NCBI GenBank assembly: GCA_964390545.1
Contig: CAYMJV010000003.1
Location: 127-64,126, forward strand
Origin: an uncultured Syntrophaceae bacterium
GTDB lineage: Bacteria; Desulfobacterota; BSN033; UBA1163
Direction: 5' to 3'
Length of the DNA: 64,000 nt
This document shows positions 46,245-55,384 of this stretch, in pieces; position 1 is the first letter of the stretch, and each line of letters opens with the position of its first letter. The position numbers were made by a program, and so were the translations under genes. The notes beneath the pieces were generated by a model. That model did no database searches. It was given only the letters and a program-made list of their open reading frames with translations, and was not told where the DNA came from.

Positions 46245-47309
46245 ATGTGGCGACCTTGCGGAACCTTTGATGATACCTATGAAAAGAATATCAGCATTGT
46301 CAGGACTCCTGCCCAGTGGATCATTACGATCGCTAGCTTAGTTGCTTTGGCACTGGTACCGGAATTTGCAAGTGGCAGGGTTATCGTTACGGTCAATCTG
46401 ATAGGCATTTCCATCATCAGTGCTCAAGGGCTCAATGTGCTCACGGGTATGACCGGGCAGATCTCCTTGGGACAGGCAGCCTTTATGGGAGTTGGAGCAT
46501 TTACCCAGATGATGTTGATGAACCACTTGGGGTTTCCTTTCTGGCTTGCCCTTCCTTTTGCAATGTTCTTCACTGGCCTCATGGGTGTTTTCTTTGGCCT
46601 CCCCTCCCTCCGCATCAAGGGCTTTTACCTGGCTATGGCCACCCTGGCCGCTCAGTTTCTTGTCCCTTGGATGATCATACATATCCGGCCCGACATCACC
46701 GGCGGCACCAACACAATTACCATAAAACCTGCCAGCTTGCTCGGCCTCTCTCTTTCTTCCCAGTCAAGGGTATATTATGTGATCATGTTTTTCACTGTGG
46801 TTGTTATCTATTTGGTGCGCAACTTGGCCAGATGCAAAATCGGGCGCGCCTTTATAGCCATTCGAGATAACGATCTCGCGGCTGAGGTCATGGGCTTGGA
46901 AATTTTTCGGTACAAACTCCTCTCCTTTTTTATCTGCTCGCTTTTGGCTGGCTTGGCCGGGGGGCTTTGGACGATTTGGATGGGTTCGGTTAATGTAGAC
47001 ATCTTTACGCTGGAGGAGTCTGTCTGGTATCTGGGCATGATCATTGTGGGAGGACTGGGTTCTGTACCCGGGGCTGTATTTGGTGTCATCTTTATCAGGT
47101 TATTATATCTTTTTATCATTATTTGGGCACCGACGGTCAGCGGTTTTTTCCCAACTGTCTTTGCGGCTTCCGTAGAAAAGGGATTGCATCCCTTGCTCTT
47201 TGGCCTGATCATCCTGCTGTTTCTCATTTACGAGCCGCGCGGCATGAGCCATCGGTGGGAGATTATCAAAAACTGGTACAGGAGTTGGCCTTTTTCTCCT
47301 GGGGTGTGA
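46245..47309 (+). CDS. ABC transporter permease (LivM-like)
   Basis: 354 aa, multi-TM. GLNVLTGMTGQISLGQAAFMGVGAF. Confidence 0.9.
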   Translation: MWRPCGTFDDTYEKNISIVRTPAQWIITIASLVALALVPEFASGRVIVTVNLIGISIISAQGLNVLTGMTGQISLGQAAFMGVGAFTQMMLMNHLGFPFWLALPFAMFFTGLMGVFFGLPSLRIKGFYLAMATLAAQFLVPWMIIHIRPDITGGTNTITIKPASLLGLSLSSQSRVYYVIMFFTVVVIYLVRNLARCKIGRAFIAIRDNDLAAEVMGLEIFRYKLLSFFICSLLAGLAGGLWTIWMGSVNVDIFTLEESVWYLGMIIVGGLGSVPGAVFGVIFIRLLYLFIIIWAPTVSGFFPTVFAASVEKGLHPLLFGLIILLFLIYEPRGMSHRWEIIKNWYRSWPFSPGV

Positions 47310-47497
47310 AAACTTAATGGTCAGCTTGATTGTCGAGCTGAATGAGAGGCCGTGGGTCAATGAGCATTGATCAGAAAGCTCATCAAAGAAAGGGGGTGCC
47401 TCACAAAGCGTCGTTGGCTAAGCAGGTACGGGTGAATCCAAGAGGTTTCGTTATCATCTTAATCTTGGGAAATTAGCTTTTAGTAAAGGAGGGTCAA

Positions 47498-48739
47498 ATG
47501 AGGAATCAAAGCAATAGGTGGTTGAAGAGGATTGTGGCTATCTCGATATCCGTCAGCTTAGGGCTGATCCTTGGATTCTCTTCCGAGTGTCCAGCCCAAA
47601 AACCTGAAGTTCTCAATTTTCCTATGATTGGCGCCATTTCCGGGCCCTACATCCAAATCGTAGGCCCCGCCGTGCCGGCCCTTGAGGATGCCTGTAGTTA
47701 TGTGAATACTGAACTTGGAGGTGTCCACGGGGTAAAAATCAATCCCGTCATTCGGGATATGGGTGGTGTTGTGGCTACAGGAGTACAACAGTATGAGGAA
47801 ATCATTCGCTTGAAACCCAAGCCTTATTTTGTTTATTCGGTCTTTTCTCCATTGGCCGAGGCGATCAGGGATAAATTTGTAACCGATAACGTGATCGGTT
47901 TGGTCGGCGGTACTTTCGGTAGCGTTTATCCCTTGGGCAACGCGTATTCCATGTATGCTTTATATGTCAACATGACGGCTGCAGGATTGAAGTACTTCAA
48001 GGACAACTTCAAAGAACAGCGCAACGTTCGGGCGGCTATCGTTACTTGGGACACATCTTATGGACGGTGCATCCTGGTGCCAGAGTTTGACGATTACTGC
48101 AAGAAAATCGGAGTGGACATTGTAGCCAAGGAGCTGTTTGGCATGCGGGACATAGATCTTACCACCCAAATGGTTCGCATCAGGGCAAAAAATCCAGATC
48201 TCTTGATTACTGCAAGTACAGGCCAAGGCCCTATCTCCATTATGAAGGCTGCGAAGGAGCTGGGCATGGATATCAAGTTATTAAACAGTGAGGGCGGCGA
48301 TTGGGGAACGGTGCGACTCAATCCAGAACTATTCGAGGGGTGCATTGTCGTTGTGCATTGTCAATCTTACGATGATGTGAATCACCCTGGGATGCAGAAG
48401 GTGCTCTCCTACATGAGGAAAAATAAACGTACCGAGGCAGAACAAACGGCTCTGGCTATATCCTCTTGGCAGAACATTCTGTTGTTCCATAAAATAATGA
48501 CAGATGCTGTCAACAAGGTTGGCTGGGATAAACTGGATTTTCAAGTTCTTAAAAAAGAGCTTAATCAGCTTACCAACTGGGAACCCCTTAATGGGATTGT
48601 TAAAATTACATACAGAGAAAAGCAGCGGTTTCCCTTAACGGGAGGCATCATGAAGGTTCAAAAGGGTAAGTTCGTCAATGTAGTCGGTTCCGGAGTCCTT
48701 GTTGACCTCCCGGATCTTACACCGGCCGAATATCGTTAA
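47498..48739 (+). CDS. periplasmic substrate-binding protein (type 1 PBP, Leu/Ile/Val-binding family)
   Basis: 413 aa with an AAGGAGG RBS and a signal peptide. Position within the liv-type operon supports the call. Confidence 0.8.
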   Translation: MRNQSNRWLKRIVAISISVSLGLILGFSSECPAQKPEVLNFPMIGAISGPYIQIVGPAVPALEDACSYVNTELGGVHGVKINPVIRDMGGVVATGVQQYEEIIRLKPKPYFVYSVFSPLAEAIRDKFVTDNVIGLVGGTFGSVYPLGNAYSMYALYVNMTAAGLKYFKDNFKEQRNVRAAIVTWDTSYGRCILVPEFDDYCKKIGVDIVAKELFGMRDIDLTTQMVRIRAKNPDLLITASTGQGPISIMKAAKELGMDIKLLNSEGGDWGTVRLNPELFEGCIVVVHCQSYDDVNHPGMQKVLSYMRKNKRTEAEQTALAISSWQNILLFHKIMTDAVNKVGWDKLDFQVLKKELNQLTNWEPLNGIVKITYREKQRFPLTGGIMKVQKGKFVNVVGSGVLVDLPDLTPAEYR

Positions 48740-48868
48740 TCTCCAGACGGAGGCTTTTTAGGACTGTATGACATGTTTGCAACAATGAGGCGGGGTAGGC
48801 CAAGAGGGAAGTGGCGCTTCGTTGCAACCATCAATGCTACGAGAACGTCATTGTAAAGACATCAAGGC

Positions 48869-48905
48869 GACGAGGCGATCTCACCCAAAATGGGATTGCT
48901 TCGTC
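48869..48905 (+). repeat. strand-specific 12-bp hairpin (REP-like)
   Basis: GACGAGGCGATC / GATTGCTTCGTC pair with two G-U wobbles on the + transcript. On the minus strand these would be A-C mismatches. Confidence 0.45.
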
Positions 48906-49000
48906 CACCTTGAAGAATTCAAGATATTTGGGGCAAGAATTTTGAGGAGGTTTGCATCTACAAAAGGAACATCGTTTCAATCCAGACACTAATTTAGGGG

Positions 49001-49804
49001 GTGAGTGCTATCTTAGAGGTTAATCAAATAGAGGTATTTTATCATAATGTGATTCAGGTTCTGAAAGGAGTCTATCTGCAGGTGAAAGAGAAGCAGATAG
49101 TTTCTTTGTTAGGAGCCAACGGCGCAGGGAAAACCACCACCCTAAAGGCAATATCCGGCCTTCTCAAGGGCCAGGCAGGTCAAGTGACCGATGGCTATAT
49201 AACCTTTTTAGGTGAGAGGATTGAGGATAAATTGCCTTATGAAATTGCAAGGATGGGTATAATCCAGGTGCTTGAAGGAAGGCGGCTATTTGGTCATCTC
49301 ACCGTGGAGGAAAACATGCGTGTGGGGTTTTTAGGGAGTGGAGGTGAGAGAGAACTCCAGAAGGGTCTTGAAAGGGTCTATAGTCTCTTCCCTCCGCTAC
49401 TTCGTATGAGAGATCGCACAAGCGGTTTTCTATCTGGAGGAGAGCTCCAGATGCTCTCTATTGGAAGGGCTCTCTTGTCAAATCCCAAAATAATGCTTCT
49501 GGATGAACCTTCACTTGGCCTTGCACCTCTTGTCATGCAAGCCATCTTTCAAAATATCAAGCAGATGAATGAAGAGAGAAACATAACCATACTGCTTGTG
49601 GAACAAAATGCTTTGGCGGCTCTACAAATCGCGAGTTATTCCTACGTAATGGAAAACGGCCGTATCGTGATGGATGGGCCAGCTGAGAAGCTCAAGGAAA
49701 ATGAAGACATCAAGGAGTTCTATCTAGGCCTGAGTAAAATTGGAACTCGCAAGAGCTATAAGGACGTAAAGCATTACAAAAGGCGGAAACGCTGGCTGTC
49801 GTAA
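49001..49804 (+). CDS. ABC transporter ATP-binding protein (LivF-like)
   Basis: 267 aa with a GTG start. GANGAGKTT, LSGGELQML, and MLLDEPSLGLAP. Confidence 0.9.
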   Translation: MSAILEVNQIEVFYHNVIQVLKGVYLQVKEKQIVSLLGANGAGKTTTLKAISGLLKGQAGQVTDGYITFLGERIEDKLPYEIARMGIIQVLEGRRLFGHLTVEENMRVGFLGSGGERELQKGLERVYSLFPPLLRMRDRTSGFLSGGELQMLSIGRALLSNPKIMLLDEPSLGLAPLVMQAIFQNIKQMNEERNITILLVEQNALAALQIASYSYVMENGRIVMDGPAEKLKENEDIKEFYLGLSKIGTRKSYKDVKHYKRRKRWLS

Positions 49805-49924
49805 TGTCATGATTCATTTGTGCCTTTAACAAAACTTCGAGATCCATTGGGCGAAGGGAGTGCTCTTCGGGTATCAGAGGGGGAAAGGATTCTCATCTCC
49901 TCACAGAACTAAAGGGAAAAAGTT

Positions 49925-50803
49925 ATGAAAATTAAGAAGATATTTGTAGTGGGAGCTGGCTTAATGGGAAGTGGAATAACACAAGTTTGCGGCCAGGCGG
50001 GGTATTCGGTAGTCATGGAGGATGTGACAGATACCGCTGTAAAAAAAGGGCTCGATGCCATTCGATGGTCGGTGAACAAGTTTGTTGAAAAAGGAAAAGT
50101 GAAGGGTACGGTCGATGAGGTTATGGGAAGGATTGCAACCAGCACGGATATGGCTGACGCAAAGGACGCGGACTTTGTATTCGAGGCCGTGTTTGAAGAC
50201 CTTAAGGTCAAACATGAAGTGTTTTCAAAGTTGGATGAAATCTGTCCATCCCATACTATCCTGGCTACGAATACCTCAGCGATTCCCATAACCGAAATAG
50301 CCGCAGCCACAAAACGAGCGGAAAGGGTGATAGGAACGCATTTCTTCAGTCCTGTGCCCATGATGCCTGTAGTGGAGGTCATCCGTGGCTTATGTACATC
50401 TGATGAGACAATGCAAGCGACCAAGGAGCTGTGTCAATCCATTGGCAGAGAGCCTATCACCTGCAATAAGGATGTGGCAGGTTTTCTTTTTAGCAGGCTC
50501 AATGCAGCTGGCAATATTGAAATCATAAAACTGGTAGAGCAGGGAGTCGGTACCGTTGAGGAGATTGACAAAGGGGTAAGGTTAGGACTCGGGAGAGCGA
50601 TGGGGCCATTTGAAACGGGTGATCTTACGGGCTTAGATGTATCTTTGAACGCTTACATGAACATTTACAACGAGACCAAGGATCCAAAGTTCTTTCCACC
50701 GATGCTGTTGAGGAGAAAGGTTAAGGCTGGGCATCTGGGGAAAAAGGTGGGAATAGGGTGGTATCGGTATGATGATAAAGGAAATCGTATTGGGCCGGCA
50801 TAG
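49925..50803 (+). CDS. 3-hydroxyacyl-CoA dehydrogenase (Hbd type)
   Basis: 292 aa. Rossmann motif KIFVVGAGLMGSGITQ, plus HFFSPVPMMPVVEVI. Confidence 0.9.
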   Translation: MKIKKIFVVGAGLMGSGITQVCGQAGYSVVMEDVTDTAVKKGLDAIRWSVNKFVEKGKVKGTVDEVMGRIATSTDMADAKDADFVFEAVFEDLKVKHEVFSKLDEICPSHTILATNTSAIPITEIAAATKRAERVIGTHFFSPVPMMPVVEVIRGLCTSDETMQATKELCQSIGREPITCNKDVAGFLFSRLNAAGNIEIIKLVEQGVGTVEEIDKGVRLGLGRAMGPFETGDLTGLDVSLNAYMNIYNETKDPKFFPPMLLRRKVKAGHLGKKVGIGWYRYDDKGNRIGPA

Positions 50804-50821
50804 GAAGGGGGAGGAAGTGCT

Positions 50822-51601
50822 GTGGGAGAACCGGTAACGTATCGATTGAGTAGTGGGATTGCAGTGGTAACGATCGACAATCCACCGATGAATGCTTTAA
50901 GCGGACAGGTAAAGAATGTTTTAGAAACTGTGTTTGAAGAACTCAATGCCAGGATAGAAGAGGTCAAAGTGGTGATCCTCACTGGAGCTGGGGGGAAGGC
51001 GTTTGTTGCAGGTGCAGATATCAAGGAGCTTCCAGGTCTCAATCCAGAGAAGGCAAGAGTGAGATTCAGGAGATCGCGCCAACTTTTTTTGAACATAGAG
51101 AGATTTGATAGACCTGTGATCTGTGCGATAGATGGACTCTGTCTTGGTGGGGGTTTAGAGTTGGCGATGTGCTGTGATATTCGAATTGCAACAGAAAAGT
51201 CTACAATCGGACAGCCCGAAATAAATCTAGGGATTCTACCAGGTGGGGGTGGAACTCAGCGTCTTCCGAGGCTGGTGGGAATGGGTATTGCGAAGGAACT
51301 CATCTTTACAGGTAGATTGATCACGGCAAAAGAGGCTAATAATATTGGCTTGATTAATCTCGTGGTCCCTTCGGGGGAGCATATGATTAAGGCTGAGGAA
51401 ATAGCTCAAGTTCTTTGTGAAAAAGCCCCCCTGGCCCTTAGAGCTGCAAAGGAGGTTATAGGGAGAGGGATGAATATGACCCTGGATAATGGATTGATCC
51501 TTGAGGCAGACTTGGGGAGTTTCCTGTACGGAACTGAGGATCAGAAAGAAGGGGCACTTGCGTTTCTCGAAAAAAGGAAACCTGGCTTTAAAGGAAAATG
51601 A
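50822..51601 (+). CDS. enoyl-CoA hydratase/isomerase (crotonase)
   Basis: 259 aa. VVILTGAGGKAFVAGADIKEL, DGLCLGGGLELAMCCDIRIA, and GQPEINLGILPGGGGTQRL. Confidence 0.9.
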   Translation: MGEPVTYRLSSGIAVVTIDNPPMNALSGQVKNVLETVFEELNARIEEVKVVILTGAGGKAFVAGADIKELPGLNPEKARVRFRRSRQLFLNIERFDRPVICAIDGLCLGGGLELAMCCDIRIATEKSTIGQPEINLGILPGGGGTQRLPRLVGMGIAKELIFTGRLITAKEANNIGLINLVVPSGEHMIKAEEIAQVLCEKAPLALRAAKEVIGRGMNMTLDNGLILEADLGSFLYGTEDQKEGALAFLEKRKPGFKGK

Positions 51602-51743
51602 CTAAACTACTTCATGTACACGCATGCGTCAGATCCAGTTGGATCCCAATAGGTAAAGGGTCTGATGGTTTAAGGTCCATCTAAAGACTAATGAAGCACT
51701 CTCTATTCTGGCACACCGGAGCGGTCAAAAGACCGATCATGAT

Positions 51744-52223
51744 ATGAGCCAGGAAGAGGAGAAGATTTTGAGCAGTAGCCGGAAAAGAATTCCTGTGCAA
51801 GAAGGATTCTGGGCAGAGCCATCAAGCCCTGGTGAGCGGCCACAATTACTTGGGCACAAGTGCCGTGACTGCGGTGAAATCTTCTTTCCCAGAAGGAATA
51901 ACGGAATCTGCACACATTGCCAGTCGAGGAACCTAGTGGAGATGAAACTTAGTTCAAAAGGCAAAATCTATAACTACACCATCGTGGAGCAAAAACCACC
52001 TGCCTACTATAAGGGTGAGGTTCCATACGCTTTAGGGTTCATTGAGCTGCCGGAGGGTGTGAGATTGAGATCTCTTTTCACAGGATGCAACCTGAATGAC
52101 CTCAAGGTAGGGATGGAAGTAGAGATCGTGATCGAAAGGTTGTTTGAAAATGACGAGGGCGACGAAATTATCACTTACAAATTCAGACCTATACATGCAT
52201 CTTTAGAAGGTAAGAACCAATGA
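51744..52223 (+). CDS. DUF35 OB-fold/zinc-ribbon protein (BbsA-like thiolase partner)
   Basis: 159 aa. CRDCGEIFFPRRNNGICTHCQS followed by an OB-fold segment. The stop overlaps the next start (ATGA). Confidence 0.85.
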   Translation: MSQEEEKILSSSRKRIPVQEGFWAEPSSPGERPQLLGHKCRDCGEIFFPRRNNGICTHCQSRNLVEMKLSSKGKIYNYTIVEQKPPAYYKGEVPYALGFIELPEGVRLRSLFTGCNLNDLKVGMEVEIVIERLFENDEGDEIITYKFRPIHASLEGKNQ

Positions 52224-53365
52224 GGGATGTGGCAATTGCCGGTGTTGGTCTATGCCGGTTTGATCTTTATGATGGATTGAAGGGGCGTCCTGAAAAACAG
52301 TATTATGAACTGGGAGGTGAGGCAATCCTCAACGCTTTAGATGATGCTGACATGGACTGGAAGCAAATTCAGGCGGTATTTAACGGCAATGTCAATGGTG
52401 GATCTGCCACCGGACACATGGCAACTAAGAGAATTGGGATGACGGGAATACCCATTGTCAATGTAGAAAATGCCTGCTCCAGTGGGCAGTCAGCTCTTCG
52501 ACTTGCTTATCTCATGATTGCTCACGGAGTTTATGATGTAGTTCTTGCGAGTGGTGTTGAAAAGGTGCCTAAGGGTCTTTTGCCATCTGAGGGGTGGAAC
52601 ATTTGGGAAAAATTAATGGGATTCAATGTGATGCCCGCCATGTATGCTCTTGAAACCGTAAGGTACATGGAGGATACAGGAGCTACAATAGAAGATTTCG
52701 CCAGAGTAACAGTGAAAAACCGAAAAAACGGGGTACTCAACCCGTATGCGCGATTTCAGCAACCTGTCACTATTGAAGAAGTTCTTTCGTCACGTATGAT
52801 TGCAAAACCTCTTCGCTTCTTGAATGCCTGTCCCCTTGGCGATGGAGCGGCTGCCGTTATTCTTTGTAGTAAAGATAAATTAAAGTCAAAAGAAAAAATT
52901 GTGACGGTGGCTGTAGCAGTTTTGGCCAGCGGGACATACGGACATGACTACGGATTTGCTAGCGTTAGGATTCCGCCTACAAACATCATAGAATTTTCTG
53001 CAAAGCAGGCTTACGAGTTATCAGGCATAGGGCCGGATGACATAGATGTAGTTCAAGCCTATGATGCGATGTCCTCAGGAGAGCTTTGGGATATAGAGGA
53101 GTTAGGTTTCTGTAAAAGGGGAGAGGCTTTTCGCTTGCTGAGGGAGGGAACATTTGACCTGGGGGGAAGGCTCCCCGTAAATACGGACGGAGGACTGATG
53201 GCGAGAAGCCATCCCGCGGGCGCTACCGGTCTGGCTCAAGTCATAGAAATTCACAGGCAAATTCGTGGAGAGGCAGGAGCTAGGCAAGTTCCCGGGGCCA
53301 AAGTTGGCTTGGCACATTCAATGGGTATCGGCCTCAATAGTTCCATCACCATATTGAAGCGATAG
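52220..53365 (+). CDS. SCP-x/thiolase-like protein (BbsB-like)
   Basis: 381 aa. VENACSSGQSALRLAY and NTDGGLMARSHPAGATG. Confidence 0.85.
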   Translation: MRDVAIAGVGLCRFDLYDGLKGRPEKQYYELGGEAILNALDDADMDWKQIQAVFNGNVNGGSATGHMATKRIGMTGIPIVNVENACSSGQSALRLAYLMIAHGVYDVVLASGVEKVPKGLLPSEGWNIWEKLMGFNVMPAMYALETVRYMEDTGATIEDFARVTVKNRKNGVLNPYARFQQPVTIEEVLSSRMIAKPLRFLNACPLGDGAAAVILCSKDKLKSKEKIVTVAVAVLASGTYGHDYGFASVRIPPTNIIEFSAKQAYELSGIGPDDIDVVQAYDAMSSGELWDIEELGFCKRGEAFRLLREGTFDLGGRLPVNTDGGLMARSHPAGATGLAQVIEIHRQIRGEAGARQVPGAKVGLAHSMGIGLNSSITILKR

Positions 53366-53435
53366 TGTCTTTTCGGGGTTTGGTTGCTATGTTGAAGGCT
53401 TTCTTCTCCTATTCGATTAAGGAGGTTATTTCGCT

Positions 53436-54212
53436 ATGCCTGAGACGCTAACCTTCGAGAAAAAAGATCGTATCGCATACCTTACTTTGAACAGACCAGA
53501 GCAGAGAAACGCACTTACCATCGAAATGTGGAACATGCTGGAGAAGTATTGGGATAAAGTAAATGAGGACGATGACGTGAGAGCGGTCATCGTTACAGGC
53601 GCAGGGGATAAGGCGTTTTGTGCTGGTATGGATCTTAAAGAAGTTGAGCGGTTGCGTAAGGAAGGAAAAGATAATGTTCTCAAATTGGTCGATGATCCGT
53701 TCATGCAGAAGATGCGAAAGGTGAATAAGCCTATCGTTGCGGCCATCAATGGCAGTGTCTTTGCTGGCGGGTTTTTGATTGCGTTGAATTCGGATATTAG
53801 AGTCTGTATTCGGGACACCACTTTTGCGATTACGGAAGCAAAGGTTGGTAGAGGGTCTCCGTGGGCAATGCCCCTTCTATGGATGCTCCCTTTGGGTATC
53901 ATCATGGAGTTGACTTTGACCGGGGAAGCTATTTCCGCTGAGAGGATGTATCAAATGGGGTTTATTAACCGATTAGTTGGAAGAGAAGAGTTGATGCCCA
54001 CAGCGATTGGTATAGCAGAAAGCATAAGGGACAATGCGCCTCTCTCCGTTAGGGCGGCAAAGGAGTCTCTCCTGAGGGGCATGGATTTAGGACTCAAGGC
54101 TGGGTTTGAAAAGGCTATGGAGATTTATCAATCCGTCTACGAAAGTGAGGATGCACAGGAAGGCCCCAGGGCATTTGCAGAAAAGAGAAAGCCTAAATGG
54201 AAGGGCCGTTAA
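53436..54212 (+). CDS. enoyl-CoA hydratase/isomerase family protein
   Basis: 258 aa with an AAGGAGG RBS. AVIVTGAGDKAFCAGMDLKE and AAINGSVFAGGFLIALNSDIRV. Confidence 0.9.
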   Translation: MPETLTFEKKDRIAYLTLNRPEQRNALTIEMWNMLEKYWDKVNEDDDVRAVIVTGAGDKAFCAGMDLKEVERLRKEGKDNVLKLVDDPFMQKMRKVNKPIVAAINGSVFAGGFLIALNSDIRVCIRDTTFAITEAKVGRGSPWAMPLLWMLPLGIIMELTLTGEAISAERMYQMGFINRLVGREELMPTAIGIAESIRDNAPLSVRAAKESLLRGMDLGLKAGFEKAMEIYQSVYESEDAQEGPRAFAEKRKPKWKGR

Positions 54213-54463
54213 CCTTTCCTGTATTTTCCATCCATTTCTGAGCAATGGCCTGTCTAAACAAATCGTTAGATCACAAGAGCGTTAATCTAAAGATTCTAAT
54301 CGAGGCAAAGAGGCGAGTTCCGATTCACTAAAAAAGAGGTCGGATGAAGAGACAAGAGCTGCTAAGCGTCCTATGCAGCATGTAAGCCCAAAAATGAAAT
54401 TAAAGACCTTTAAAAGATGGACCCCTCAGGAAAAATCTGGTTACAAAAATAGAGGAGAGAAGA

Positions 54464-55267
54464 ATGAAAGGATATTCGACGATTATTCTAGGTAAAAGAG
54501 ACGGGATATATACGCTAACACTCAATCGCCCTGATAAGTTTAATGCAATCAACGGGGAAATGAGCAACGAATTGTTGGATGCTATGGAAAATGTTTCTCA
54601 GGATGATCAAGCGAGAGTTTTGATCCTTACTGGTGCTGGATCGGCATTTTGTACTGGAGCCGATATCACGTGGTTCGGCAGTGTTATGGAAGCGAGGAAG
54701 AGGGGAGAAAAGGTACAAACGGATCTCGTCGCCTGGGCAGTCAAATTCGTATTACTGTGCAGAAGGATGCCCATACCCATGATTGCGGCAATAAACGGAG
54801 TCGCTGCTGGTGGCGGCGCTACGATCCCGTTGAGTTTCGACATAAGAATTGCTGCCGAGGGTGCGAAAATATCTATGCCCTTTGTCTCTAGGTTAGGTAT
54901 TGTGCCAGAGTCCGGATCAACTTATTTACTGCCTAGACTCATAGGTATAGCCAAGGCTTGTGAATTGATATTCACCGGAAGAACTATTTCAGGCAGAGAA
55001 GCTAAGGAAATAGGTTTAGTGAACGACGCTGTTCCATCAGAGAAGCTGCAAGAAACTGTCAATGATTTAGCCGAGACGATAGCCAATGGAGCCCCTCTGT
55101 CCGTTCGCCTTAGCAAAAGGGGGTTGTATCAAGGATTAGAAATGAGTCTTCAATCTCAGTTGCTTTGGGAAGAGAGAGAACTTAACGGAATATTTGACTC
55201 AGAAGACCACGCAGAAGCCATGAAAGCTTTTTCTGAGAAGCGGAAACCTGTTTTTCAGGGAAGATAG
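54464..55267 (+). CDS. enoyl-CoA hydratase/isomerase family protein
   Basis: 267 aa. VLILTGAGSAFCTGADI and AAINGVAAGGGATIPLSFDIRIA. Confidence 0.9.
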   Translation: MKGYSTIILGKRDGIYTLTLNRPDKFNAINGEMSNELLDAMENVSQDDQARVLILTGAGSAFCTGADITWFGSVMEARKRGEKVQTDLVAWAVKFVLLCRRMPIPMIAAINGVAAGGGATIPLSFDIRIAAEGAKISMPFVSRLGIVPESGSTYLLPRLIGIAKACELIFTGRTISGREAKEIGLVNDAVPSEKLQETVNDLAETIANGAPLSVRLSKRGLYQGLEMSLQSQLLWEERELNGIFDSEDHAEAMKAFSEKRKPVFQGR

Positions 55268-55384
55268 TGCGGGATGATTTGCGGTGTATTATTCGTCGGG
55301 CACTGTTAGGAGCTTCTTCGGGAGCCGCATTATGATGGGATGCGATTGATAACCGGCAAAGGACTGTTTCGTGAGGAATATTAA

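Noticed and set aside
51709-51724. Possible sigma54 promoter TGGCAC-N-..GC upstream of the DUF35 gene.
   Set aside because: The -12 GC is displaced by one position relative to TGGCAC-N5-TTGC, and the TTGC core is absent. Other intergenic regions I scanned also lacked a correctly spaced GG-N10-GC.
54394-54456. 20-codon ORF MKLKTFKRWTPQEKSGYKNR, reminiscent of the HTH N-terminus of IS3-type transposase OrfA. It sits in the 250-nt gap before the third crotonase.
   Set aside because: It is too short and too weakly similar to call. No inverted repeats or further transposase-like sequence follow. I cannot support it as a mobile-element remnant without a database search.
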